Below, piece after piece: positions 31,185-40,657 of a stretch of DNA of 64,000 nucleotides. Every line of letters starts with the position of its first letter. Position 1 is the stretch's first letter. Made by a program: the position numbers and the translations under genes. The notes under the pieces were generated by a model. That model was not told the origin of the DNA, did not search any database, and saw nothing but the letters and a program-made list of their open reading frames with translations. The stretch is from Candidatus Zhuqueibacterota bacterium (GTDB lineage Bacteria; Zhuqueibacterota; Zhuqueibacteria; Thermofontimicrobiales; Thermofontimicrobiaceae): assembly GCA_049322915.1 (NCBI GenBank), contig JBMOPW010000044.1, positions 32,001 through 96,000 on the forward strand, given 5' to 3'.

Positions 31185-31823
31185 TCAGTATGTCCCTATA
31201 ATGGTATGTCCTGCTCTTACTGTATCATTCAATTTAACGTTTAGATTGACCGAGGCCGGCATGACCATATCGACCCGCGAGCCGAATTTGATCATTCCAC
31301 ATCGCTCGCCCATCTCTACGCGGGCGCCTTCCCGGGCGTGGCAGACAATGCGCCGGGCAATGATGCCGGCGATTTGTTTGAACAGTATTTTCAATGCGTC
31401 GCCTTCGATGACAATGGTCGTCTGCTCGTTCTCAAAAGAGGCGACGTCCTGGTACGCTGGCAGAAATTTTCCCTCGGAATAATTGAAGTGGATTATCTTG
31501 CCGGAGATTGGGTAACGATTGACGTGAACATCAAACACAGACATGAAGATACTGAGCTTGATAACGCTGCCAGTGAAGAATGGATGACTCTGTTCCGTCT
31601 CGATGAGGATTATTTTTCCATCAGCCGGGGAAATGATGCTTTTGTCGCCGGTCGGCAGTCTGCGATTGGGGTCGCGGAAAAAATAGACCACAAAAAGCGA
31701 GAGCGCCCAACTCACCAATATCAGGATGATAAGAAGTACGCCGCTGTTGATCAGCAGCCCGAAGCTGAGCATTAGCGACACAATAATAAAGGGGGCAATT
31801 GTTTTTACGCTTCCTTTAGCCAA
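31185..31823 (-). CDS. psd: Phosphatidylserine decarboxylase
   Basis: FFRDP, SPADG, DVHVNR, self-cleavage site IKFGSRVD. Confidence 0.93.
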   Translation of the reverse strand: MAKGSVKTIAPFIIVSLMLSFGLLINSGVLLIILILVSWALSLFVVYFFRDPNRRLPTGDKSIISPADGKIILIETEQSHPFFTGSVIKLSIFMSVFDVHVNRYPISGKIIHFNYSEGKFLPAYQDVASFENEQTTIVIEGDALKILFKQIAGIIARRIVCHAREGARVEMGERCGMIKFGSRVDMVMPASVNLNVKLNDTVRAGHTIIGTY

Positions 31824-31943
31824 TTTTCCTTCTCGGTGTTTTCATTTGCGTTTCAAAAAAACGGCGGCGCTGAGAGGGTCACACATGATCTCCTGCAGTC
31901 CGCTGCTTCGCAGCCTGGTGTAAAATGAAGTTACAATCGTGAA

Positions 31944-32648
31944 TTAGGATATCAATCGATTTTTGAGCTGATCGTATGCTTTCTCCGCAGTGCCGGAATC
32001 CGTGCGCGTGACATCGGTTTCGATCCTGGTCTGCGTGTGGACGTCCCAGAGCGTGCATGTGTCTGGCGTGATTTCATCACCCAACAGGATTTTATTATTA
32101 TACCGGCCGAATTCAAGCTTGAAGTCAATCAGTTTGATATTGCGACGCATAAAATAGGACTTCAAAATCGCATTGATTTTGGATGCCATTCGCTCTATCA
32201 TTTTCACTTCGTCGGCTGTGGCCATTTTAAATGCAATCATGTGTGATTGGTTGATCATCGGATGCTGGTGCGCCGGGTCCTTCAGATAAAATTCCATGAT
32301 CGGGCATTTCAATTCTTCTCCCTGTACCAGCCCGAACCGTTCGCTGAACGAACCAATGGCGATATTTCTCATTAATAATTCCACGGGAATCATTTCCAGA
32401 CGTCGAATGAGCATCTCTCGCGGCCCCAGGTCTTTGACGAAGTGTGTTTGAATGTTAAAGCCTTCGAGATACTCAAACAGAGTTGCCGATATCTGTTTGT
32501 TGGTTGCGCCCTTGCCTTTAATCGTACCCGTAATGTTACCATCCGAGGATGAAATATCATCCTTGAATTCCTGGATTAATTGCTCCTGTTCCTCAATCGC
32601 ATACAATTTTTTTGTCTTGCCCTCGTAGAGCTTTTTTTTCTTTTTCAA
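31944..32648 (-). CDS. purC: SAICAR synthetase (divergent)
   Basis: LYEGKTK, PVELLMRN, DFKLEFG, DEITPD; adjacent to purB. Confidence 0.85.
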   Translation of the reverse strand: MKKKKKLYEGKTKKLYAIEEQEQLIQEFKDDISSSDGNITGTIKGKGATNKQISATLFEYLEGFNIQTHFVKDLGPREMLIRRLEMIPVELLMRNIAIGSFSERFGLVQGEELKCPIMEFYLKDPAHQHPMINQSHMIAFKMATADEVKMIERMASKINAILKSYFMRRNIKLIDFKLEFGRYNNKILLGDEITPDTCTLWDVHTQTRIETDVTRTDSGTAEKAYDQLKNRLIS

Positions 32649-32734
32649 ATCACTTCTCCATTGTTTGATTATGAAATAACCCGTGGATGGTGTGCGTTAG
32701 AATGCATGGTAATCAAACATCGAATCGATGTTGC

Positions 32735-34051
32735 CTATTTCCCTGGTGTCGCTGAAGGCTCAATGCCAGCGCGACTAAAAATTTTGTCGACATTTCTCAA
32801 CTGGATGTCCAGATCGAACAGTTCGTCCAGTTCTTTCTGAGACAGGACGTCGGTAATTTCTTTTTGTGCCAGGAGCAGGTCTTTGAAATTAGTCCCTGTC
32901 TTCCATGTTTCCATGGCGCATTGCTGAACCAACCGATACGCGGTCTCCCGCAGCATTTGTTTTTTGGTCAGCGCCAATAAAACGGATTGGGAGAAAATAA
33001 GCCCGTTCGTTTTATTGAGATTGTTCTTCATATTCTCCGGATAGACGATCAGATTCCTGATGATGGAAGTGAATCTGCTCAGCATATAGTCGATGAGAAT
33101 CGTGCTGTCAGGAAGAATTATTCGCTCCACCGAAGAATGGGTGATATCACGCTCATGCCACAGATTGACATTTTCCATCCCGGCCAGCGAATTGGCGCGA
33201 ACCACCCGCGCCAGCCCGGCGATCTGTTCGCAGTTCACCGGATTCCTCTTGTGGGGCATCGCCGACGATCCTTTTTGTCCTCGAGAAAAATACTCTTCCG
33301 CTTCCAGAATTTCCGTGCGCTGCAAACTTCGGATTTCCGTGGCGAATTTTTCCAGGGAACTGCCGATGAGCGCCAGGCTCGTCAGGTACTCTGCGTAGCG
33401 GTCGCGCTGAACGATTTGCGTGGACACCGGCGCAGGCGTCAGATTAAGTTTTTCGCACACGGCTTCTTCAATGTCAGGATCAAGATGCGCAAAAGTGCCG
33501 ACAGCGCCGGAAATTTTTCCAACGGAGATAGTCTCAATCGCCCGCTCAAACCGGCGAATGTGTCTGGCCAATTCATCGTACCAGAGCGCCAGTTTCAATC
33601 CAAACGTGGTCGGCTCCGCGTGAATGCCGTGGGAGCGGCCGATACATACCGTGTTCTTGTGTTCAATGGCTCGCGCTTTGATTGCCGTGCGAAGTTCGTG
33701 TAGATCATTGAGAATGATCTGGCCGGCTTCTCGCAGCAGCAAAGCATTGGATGTATCCAGCAGATCCGATGAGGTCATGCCAAGATGAATATAGCGAGAG
33801 GCGTCGCCGACATATTCGCCCACATTGGTTAGAAACGCGATGACGTCGTGTTTCACTTCCTGTTCAATTTCAAGGATTCGCTCAATGTTGAACTGAGCGT
33901 TGCTCCGAATTTGTTCCACGGCCCGGGCCGGGATCAGACCCTTCTGCGCCTGCACTTCGCAGACACATAATTCCACGTCCAACCATTTTTTGAATTTATT
34001 TTCATCGCTCCAGATGGCGCCCATCCGGGGCCGGGTATAGCGTTCAATCAA
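32735..34051 (-). CDS. purB: Adenylosuccinate lyase
   Basis: MIERY, HDVIAF, GRSHGIHAEP, GSSAMPHKRNP. Confidence 0.97.
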   Translation of the reverse strand: MIERYTRPRMGAIWSDENKFKKWLDVELCVCEVQAQKGLIPARAVEQIRSNAQFNIERILEIEQEVKHDVIAFLTNVGEYVGDASRYIHLGMTSSDLLDTSNALLLREAGQIILNDLHELRTAIKARAIEHKNTVCIGRSHGIHAEPTTFGLKLALWYDELARHIRRFERAIETISVGKISGAVGTFAHLDPDIEEAVCEKLNLTPAPVSTQIVQRDRYAEYLTSLALIGSSLEKFATEIRSLQRTEILEAEEYFSRGQKGSSAMPHKRNPVNCEQIAGLARVVRANSLAGMENVNLWHERDITHSSVERIILPDSTILIDYMLSRFTSIIRNLIVYPENMKNNLNKTNGLIFSQSVLLALTKKQMLRETAYRLVQQCAMETWKTGTNFKDLLLAQKEITDVLSQKELDELFDLDIQLRNVDKIFSRAGIEPSATPGK

Positions 34052-34060
34052 TCGGGCACC

Positions 34061-35269
34061 TCACTTCAGTTCCTGCAATTTCAGGTGGGCTGTCTGATAT
34101 CTTTTATTCCGCACCAGCGTCAGAGTGAACACATCGCCGCCTTTGGCGTCGGTGTCATTGATGACATTTTCAATGTCGCGCGTGCTGGTAATCTCGTATT
34201 CATTGACTTTCACGATGACATCGCCGATCTTCAGTCCGGCTTTTTCTGCCGGGCTGTTATTATCAATGTTGGAAACAATGACGCCGGTGATATCGCGCAG
34301 TCCCAGATACCGCATGACATTGGGCGTCAGGTTTTCCACCTCCAGCCCGGTTCGGAAGCGCCGGTTCACTTCGCCGTACCTGCGAAGTTCCTCGATGATT
34401 CGCTTCGCCCGGTTGATGGGCGTGGCGAAGCCCAGACCGATGGAAGTGGCGCCTCGTTCGCTGCCCGAGAAAATGAACGTATTGATTCCAATCACCTCGC
34501 CGAGGCTATTCACCAACGGGCCTCCGCTGTTTCCGCTGTTGATGGCGGCGTCGGTCTGAATCATGTCCTTGTACACGCGATTATCGTCTTGCCTGCCGAA
34601 ATCACGGTCGGTCGCGCTGATGATCCCCTGGGACACCGACGGTTGCCCCATGTCGAACAGACCGAATGGATTGCCAATAGCAATAGCCCATTCGCCAATG
34701 ATGAGATCGTCGGAGTCGCCAAACTTCGCATAGGGCAACGGAGTCTCAGCCTCGATTTTCAACAGCGCGATATCGGAGATGTAATCCGCGCCGGCCAGTT
34801 CGGCGTCGAATTTCTGTCCATTGGGCAGAGTGACGACTATTTTTTCGGCACGATTGACCACATGTTCGTTCGTCACAATATACCCGTCCGGGGAGATGAT
34901 AAATCCGGAGCCCAGTCCCTTCACGAGTTGATCGCGAGTCTCCGGGAAGAAATGCCTGAAAAACGGATCTTCGAATAACCAGTGCGGCGACGTGTACTGC
35001 TTGATCTGAATGACGTTGATGCCGACCACGGCCGGGCTGACGATTTCCACGGCCCGGGTGATGGCATTCCGCCTGGAGTCGACAATGTCCTGGTTGGCTT
35101 TGCTTCTCAATTCGGAATTCTCAACCACAGAACTCGTGAGATGGGTGAGAGGCTGCGAGCCATCATTCAGAAATGATGCCTGTTTCTGGGGATTCAACTT
35201 CGTCCAGAAAATGAGGGCGAGGACCATGCCAGCCCCAAAAACCATCGAGTAAGGCACTACTTTCTTCAT
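34061..35269 (-). CDS. HtrA/DegP-like S1C protease with one PDZ domain
   Basis: GSGFII, TNEHVV, DIALLK, QTDAAINSGNSGGP, PDZ SPAEKAGL. Confidence 0.93.
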   Translation of the reverse strand: MKKVVPYSMVFGAGMVLALIFWTKLNPQKQASFLNDGSQPLTHLTSSVVENSELRSKANQDIVDSRRNAITRAVEIVSPAVVGINVIQIKQYTSPHWLFEDPFFRHFFPETRDQLVKGLGSGFIISPDGYIVTNEHVVNRAEKIVVTLPNGQKFDAELAGADYISDIALLKIEAETPLPYAKFGDSDDLIIGEWAIAIGNPFGLFDMGQPSVSQGIISATDRDFGRQDDNRVYKDMIQTDAAINSGNSGGPLVNSLGEVIGINTFIFSGSERGATSIGLGFATPINRAKRIIEELRRYGEVNRRFRTGLEVENLTPNVMRYLGLRDITGVIVSNIDNNSPAEKAGLKIGDVIVKVNEYEITSTRDIENVINDTDAKGGDVFTLTLVRNKRYQTAHLKLQELK

Positions 35270-35348
35270 AGCATTTTCTTAAATTAAATGATTCTCTGTA
35301 ATAATGAACTGCCAGCGCCTTCACATTGTTCTCTTCATAGGAGACCAA

Positions 35349-35996
35349 TTATCGGGCTTTCACTTTTTCCCAATCTGCCATAAAGCTTTTAATGCCAATG
35401 TCCGTCAGCGGGTGTTTCACCAATTGCTCGATCACTTTGAACGGGATCGTGGCGATATGCGCGCCGATGAGAGCGGCTTCCACCACGTGCATGGGGCTTC
35501 GGACGCTCGCGACGATGACTTCAGTCTTGAAATTGTAATTGTTGAAAATGGCCACAATATCGTGCACCAATTGCATGCCTGTCTGGCTGATGTCGTCGAT
35601 TCTTCCGACAAAGGGACTGACGAACGACGCGCCGGCTTTGGCGGCCAACAAGGCCTGTGTCGGGCTGAAAATCAATGTGACATTGACGGAGATCCCCTCG
35701 GATTCCAGTTGCTTGATGGCCTTGAGCCCTTCCGTTGTGATGGGGATTTTGATGACGATATTCTTATGAATTTTGACAAGCTCCCGACCCTCGCGAATCA
35801 TGCCCTCGGCATCGAGGCTGATGACCTCGGCGCTGACCGGCCCATTGACTGTCTTGCAAATGGCCAGGAGAATATCTTCAAATTTGCCCTGCACTTTGGC
35901 TACCAACGACGGATTTGTTGTGACGCCATCAAGCACACCTAACTTGGCAGCCTCTTTGATTTCATCCAAATTTGCGGTATCGATAAAGAACTTCAT
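35349..35996 (-). CDS. tal: Transaldolase (MipB/TalC/FSA-like small family)
   Basis: FIDTAN, GVTTNPS, VIKIP; SAEV and SPFVGR residues typical of transaldolase rather than FSA. Confidence 0.9.
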   Translation of the reverse strand: MKFFIDTANLDEIKEAAKLGVLDGVTTNPSLVAKVQGKFEDILLAICKTVNGPVSAEVISLDAEGMIREGRELVKIHKNIVIKIPITTEGLKAIKQLESEGISVNVTLIFSPTQALLAAKAGASFVSPFVGRIDDISQTGMQLVHDIVAIFNNYNFKTEVIVASVRSPMHVVEAALIGAHIATIPFKVIEQLVKHPLTDIGIKSFMADWEKVKAR

Positions 35997-36008
35997 GCAA
36001 CCTCCTGT

Positions 36009-36737
36009 TTAATAGTAAACCTGAACCAGGCACAAACCTTTCGCCGGCACAGTTGGGCCAGCGTGTATTCGATCTTTTGAATTTAAAATTACAGAAATCT
36101 GTTCGACGTGCGTATGGCCTCTTCCAATATTCACCACGGTTCCGACGATGATGCGCACCATGTTATGAAGGAACCTGTTGGCTTTAATATCAAAAGTCAG
36201 CACATCATCCTGCCGTTGCCATCGCGCTTCCTCAACGACACACCGATGATGTTTGACATCCGCGCCAGCCTGACAGAACGCTCGAAAATCATGCTCGCCA
36301 ATCAGACAATCTGAAGCGCGTTGCATATCGTCAATGTTCAGCGCTGTTTTGAAGCACCAGGCATAGTGACGTTTCAGCGCCGATTCGTTCTGAATGATGG
36401 TGTAGCGATAATGCCGGCGAATGGCATCGTATCTGGAGTTGAAATTTTCCGGCACCTCCTCGACTTTTTTGACGCGGACATCCCGGGACATCGTGCCATT
36501 CAGCGCGGCTTTTATCCGCTCGAGTGGCAGGGATGAATCAATGGTAAAATTGGCGACCTGCCCCAGCGCGTGAACACCTGCGTCAGTTCTACCAGCGCCG
36601 ATGACAATCGTTTCCTGATTGAAAATTATTTTCAATGAACTTTCTATTTCGTGTTGAATTGTTCTGAAACCGGGCTGGTACTGCCATCCTGAAAAATCTG
36701 TGCCATCATATTCCAGCGTCAGCTTGATATTTCTCAT
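36009..36737 (-). CDS. truA: tRNA pseudouridine(38-40) synthase
   Basis: YDGTDFSGWQ, AGRTDAGVHA, FLHNMVR. Confidence 0.97.
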   Translation of the reverse strand: MRNIKLTLEYDGTDFSGWQYQPGFRTIQHEIESSLKIIFNQETIVIGAGRTDAGVHALGQVANFTIDSSLPLERIKAALNGTMSRDVRVKKVEEVPENFNSRYDAIRRHYRYTIIQNESALKRHYAWCFKTALNIDDMQRASDCLIGEHDFRAFCQAGADVKHHRCVVEEARWQRQDDVLTFDIKANRFLHNMVRIIVGTVVNIGRGHTHVEQISVILNSKDRIHAGPTVPAKGLCLVQVYY

Positions 36738-36740
36738 TTT

Positions 36741-37562
36741 TCAATTTTCGAAAACATTGGTTGCAAACACAATTGCCGCGGTGTACACGATCAATGCGCC
36801 GGCCAGGACAAAATAATCGTGCCGATGAAAAACCAGTTTCTTGAAGCTGGTCCTGTTTCTACCGCCAATGTAACACCTGGCATCCATGGCCAGGGCGAGT
36901 TCATCGGCGCGCCGAAACACGGAAATGAACAGCGGCAAAATCAGCGGGATCACGCTTTTTATTCGTTGAACAATATTCCCCTCGAACCGGGCGCCGCGGG
37001 AGACCTGCGCTTTTTGAAGCTTATCCGCTTCGAAAATCAATGTTGGAATGAACCTTAAGGATAGCGTAATCATCATGGTGAACTCGTGGGTGGAAATCCC
37101 CAATTTTTGCAGCGGCTTGAGAAACCGTTCCATTGCATCCGTCAGTTCCATGGGCGAAGTGGTCAACGTCAGCAGGGCCGCGATAATGATCAGAACAGCC
37201 AGGCGCAGCGAATACAACACCCCCAGTCGAAGTCCCTGCGTTGGCAGTTCGATCCCGATGATCGGAATCAGGAAAACGCCGCCATCCTTCGATGTGAGAA
37301 ACAGGTGCAGGAGAATGGTTATCAGAAACAACCAGATGAATGGCCTGAGATTACGCGCAACAAGCGCTATCGGAATTCTGGCAATATTGACAATGAGAAA
37401 TAAGACGATCAGCGCAATTAAAAATCCCAGGAGCTGATTCCACAGGATGAACATCATCATTGTCATGAAGACGACCAGAACCTTTGTCCGTGGATCAAGG
37501 CGATGAATAAATGAATCGACAGGGTAATACTGACCCAGTGTGATATCGTTTAAAATTTTCAT
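36741..37562 (-). CDS. ecfT: Energy-coupling factor transporter T component
   Basis: ITLGQY, HRLDPRTK, LRFIPTL, SRG and ARCY motifs; start trimmed to ATG 37562. Confidence 0.93.
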   Translation of the reverse strand: MKILNDITLGQYYPVDSFIHRLDPRTKVLVVFMTMMMFILWNQLLGFLIALIVLFLIVNIARIPIALVARNLRPFIWLFLITILLHLFLTSKDGGVFLIPIIGIELPTQGLRLGVLYSLRLAVLIIIAALLTLTTSPMELTDAMERFLKPLQKLGISTHEFTMMITLSLRFIPTLIFEADKLQKAQVSRGARFEGNIVQRIKSVIPLILPLFISVFRRADELALAMDARCYIGGRNRTSFKKLVFHRHDYFVLAGALIVYTAAIVFATNVFEN

Positions 37563-37610
37563 CTGCGAAATTATAAAAAAACAGGGTAATTGGTGAAAAA
37601 TAATTTGCCG

Positions 37611-37709
37611 AATATACGAATTTATTTTATAAAAATCAAGTAAAAGCCCAACCATATTTTTATGGTGACACATTTTTTTCTTGACTTTTAAGTTATTTTA
37701 TTTTATGTT
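37611..37709. promoter_or_regulatory. Divergent sigma70-type promoters for ecfT and OPT
   Basis: Minus: TTGATT-17-TATATT (37639-37611); plus: TTGACT-17-TATGTT (37681-37709). Confidence 0.6.
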
Positions 37710-37831
37710 TTAAGTCCGTTTGGTTACTAAATTTTAACAAGGCGCCGCAATCGCTTCTTAATATTGTTACTCAAAGAAAATCAAACACTCATAAGAGTCA
37801 TTAACAACTTACCAAGCCCAGGAGGAAAAAA

Positions 37832-39871
37832 ATGGCGGAAGCAAAAGCTTCAACTGGAAAAAGCAGCTATATGCCTTATGTTCCTGCAGATCAGAGTATG
37901 AGAGAGTTCACATTCAAGGCGCTTTTGATCGGTCTCATCATGAGCGTCGTGTTGGGAGCTGCGAACGCATATCTCGGTCTCAAAGCAGGAATGACAATCG
38001 CTGCCACCTATCCAGCAGCAGTCATCGGTATGGCAATTTTGCGCTTATTCAAGGGAAATATTCTCGAAGAAAATATGGCGCGAACTGTTGGTTCCATTGG
38101 CGAATCCATCGCTGCTGGAGCGATATTCACGATTCCGGCATTTTACATCGCTGAAATCTGGACGGAATTTGCAACCGTTGGGAATTACCTCATTTCCACA
38201 GCGATCATGCTCGTCGGCGGCGTGCTGGGCATTATGTTTGTGGCGCTCCTGCGACGCGTGATGGTTGAAGACGCCGAATTGCCTTTCCCCGAATCTGTCG
38301 CTGCCGCCGAAATTCACAAGGCTGGCCGATCTGGCGGAACCGGCGCCAAATTCCTGTTCGGAGCTATGGGCCTGGGCGCGGTTATCCAGGCGTTGATTCA
38401 ATTCCAAGTGTTCAAAAGCTCCTGGGAGCATTTTGTATCCTTTGCCAAAACTTCAATTGGTCTTAAATCAAGCGGTGAAATTGCCGGACAAAGCGGGATG
38501 TTGCTCAGTTCTCCCGGCGTCAGCCCGGCGTATATCGGTGTCGGCTACATCATCGGACCGAAACTGGCTTCGCTGAATTTCAGCGGTGGATTGTTAGCGT
38601 GGGGCTTGTTCGTCCCAATCATCACCTACTTCATTGGCCCGAATCTCATTCCGGCCGGCGAAGTGAATCATGAAACTTGGGTCAGCCTGGCCAATAACGT
38701 GTGGAGCAACATTGTCCGTCCCATCGCCATCGGCGGAATGCTCATGAGCGCGGTGTTCACCCTATTCAGAATGAGAAAGAGTCTTGCCACAGGTTTGAAG
38801 CGCTCCATCGGTGACGTGAAAAAAGCAGCCACAGGCGAGCATGTCATCATTCGGACTGAAAAAGATTTGAGTTTCACCCAGGTTATGCTGGGCGTCCTGC
38901 TGACTGCCGTGGCGACATTTTTCATCTATTACTATTTTGCTCAGGACATTTTTGCAGCTTTGGTGGCTATGGTTGTGATGATCATAGCCGGGTTTTTCTT
39001 CGCTGCGGTCTCTGGCTACCTCGTTGGGATCATCGGTTCCAGCAATAATCCAATCAGCGGACTCACGCTATCCACGTTGCTGGTCGCCGCACTTTTAATG
39101 GTCGTGTTAGGCATGAAGGGCAATCCCGGCGTCGCTGCTGTACTGGGCGTGGCAGCCGTTGTCTGCGTATCTGCCGCTGTGGCCGGAGAGATGCTGCAGG
39201 ATTTGAAAGTGGGGCATATTCTCGGCGGCACTCCCTGGAAAATGCAGGTCGGCGACTTGATGGGCGTTGCTCTGGCAGCGGTTGTGATGTTCCTTCCCAT
39301 CATTCTGTTGCATGAAGGCGACCTTAAAATTGGCGGGACCGGACTTGGCGGTGAAAATTATCCGGCGCCGCAGGCGAGTCTCATGGCGCTGCTCTCCCGC
39401 GGCATTGTTGGCGGGCAAATGGCCTGGCCATTGATTATTGTCGGCATGCTCATGGGTCTCGGATTCATCCTCATGCAGGTGAAAAGCCCGATGCTGGTGA
39501 GCGTCGGTATGTACCTGCCTCTTGAAACAACGTTTGCGATTTTTATCGGCGGATTGATCAAAGGGATCGTTGAAAAAGTCGGTGAAGCCAAAAAGCACAA
39601 CGCCGCCCAAAAAGCCCGCGTTGAAAACAATGGCGTGCTTTTAGCAGCCGGTCTGATTGCCGGGGAAGCGTTGATTGGACTTCTCTTTGCGCTGTTAGCC
39701 GTGCTCGATATCAAATATGGCGAAATGATCCCGTCCCTGATTAGCTTTATGCCATTCCCATTTTATATCAGTATCCTGTTGCTGATTTTCATCGGCTGGT
39801 TCCTGGTGCAAGTTCCAATCAAGAACGCTGGCAAAGCCGACGAACCGGCTCCACCCAGCGCAGTGATGTAA
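37832..39871 (+). CDS. OPT family oligopeptide transporter
   Basis: NAYLGLKAG, IFTIPA, LPFPES, GSSNNPISG, LQDLKVGH.LGGTPWKMQ; many TM segments; RBS AGGAGG. Confidence 0.95.
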   Translation: MAEAKASTGKSSYMPYVPADQSMREFTFKALLIGLIMSVVLGAANAYLGLKAGMTIAATYPAAVIGMAILRLFKGNILEENMARTVGSIGESIAAGAIFTIPAFYIAEIWTEFATVGNYLISTAIMLVGGVLGIMFVALLRRVMVEDAELPFPESVAAAEIHKAGRSGGTGAKFLFGAMGLGAVIQALIQFQVFKSSWEHFVSFAKTSIGLKSSGEIAGQSGMLLSSPGVSPAYIGVGYIIGPKLASLNFSGGLLAWGLFVPIITYFIGPNLIPAGEVNHETWVSLANNVWSNIVRPIAIGGMLMSAVFTLFRMRKSLATGLKRSIGDVKKAATGEHVIIRTEKDLSFTQVMLGVLLTAVATFFIYYYFAQDIFAALVAMVVMIIAGFFFAAVSGYLVGIIGSSNNPISGLTLSTLLVAALLMVVLGMKGNPGVAAVLGVAAVVCVSAAVAGEMLQDLKVGHILGGTPWKMQVGDLMGVALAAVVMFLPIILLHEGDLKIGGTGLGGENYPAPQASLMALLSRGIVGGQMAWPLIIVGMLMGLGFILMQVKSPMLVSVGMYLPLETTFAIFIGGLIKGIVEKVGEAKKHNAAQKARVENNGVLLAAGLIAGEALIGLLFALLAVLDIKYGEMIPSLISFMPFPFYISILLLIFIGWFLVQVPIKNAGKADEPAPPSAVM

Positions 39872-39889
39872 TCATGAAATAACAGTCCT

Positions 39890-40002
39890 GGTGGCTGTAT
39901 CAAAAATTTATCTGAAGCGTTTTCAACCAGAGTGCATCGAATTTAAAAAATCCACTCTACGGCGTGGAAAGGGAAGGTTGAATCGATTTTGATACAGCCG
40001 CC
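39890..40002. mobile_element. 113-bp MITE-like element
   Basis: TIRs GGTGGCTGTATCAAAA / TTTTGATACAGCCGCC (15 of 16 complementary). Confidence 0.7.
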
Positions 40003-40102
40003 ATGTTAATTTTTCAATCAATTCAAGTCATCAAAGTCGCGCCGGAATGAAGCATCAGGCGCGATGCGTGTTTGCTGCTCATGCCGACTTGGGTGCCATG
40101 TA

Positions 40103-40459
40103 ATGAGTGTAAATTTACTTGATCTGATCCCTGTCCGGAATATTGGGAGTGAAGAATTGAGCGATGGCCGGTTTATATTGCTCAAGCCAAAATTCAAGCA
40201 TAAATTCTTTGTCAAACATATATTGCCACGGCTGAAAAGTCGTTACTACCGAATAAAGCTGGATGATTTTGGCAGCTTCGTCTGGAAGCATTGCGACGGT
40301 AAGAATACGGTCGGACAGATCGGAAATTTACTGAGCGAAAAATTTAAACAGGAGGTGGATCCTGTCTACGATCGGTTAGCCGTATTCATGCAGTCTCTGG
40401 CGCGTTATCAATTCATACTTTATAATAATTATGAGGCGATTTCCGGCGCTTCGAAATGA
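40103..40459 (+). CDS. PqqD-family (RRE-like) small protein
   Basis: IKLDDFGSFVWKHCDGKNTVGQIG...RLAVFMQSL winged-helix pattern; start trimmed to ATG 40103. Confidence 0.8.
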   Translation: MSVNLLDLIPVRNIGSEELSDGRFILLKPKFKHKFFVKHILPRLKSRYYRIKLDDFGSFVWKHCDGKNTVGQIGNLLSEKFKQEVDPVYDRLAVFMQSLARYQFILYNNYEAISGASK

Positions 40460-40657
40460 GTCTCCACACACCGGTTAATTCCCGCGGTCATGGTTGCGAT
40501 ATCCTTATCGAGCTAATTGTCCTCATTACCAGTGCACGGCAACGAGTGCACTGGCAAAAGCGAAGCGTGCTTTTGTACAAGAAAATCTAATTTACAGAAA
40601 ACGATTTATAACCATTGATAAATCCACCCTGAATTGGGTTGCGGAGCGAAGCCATCG

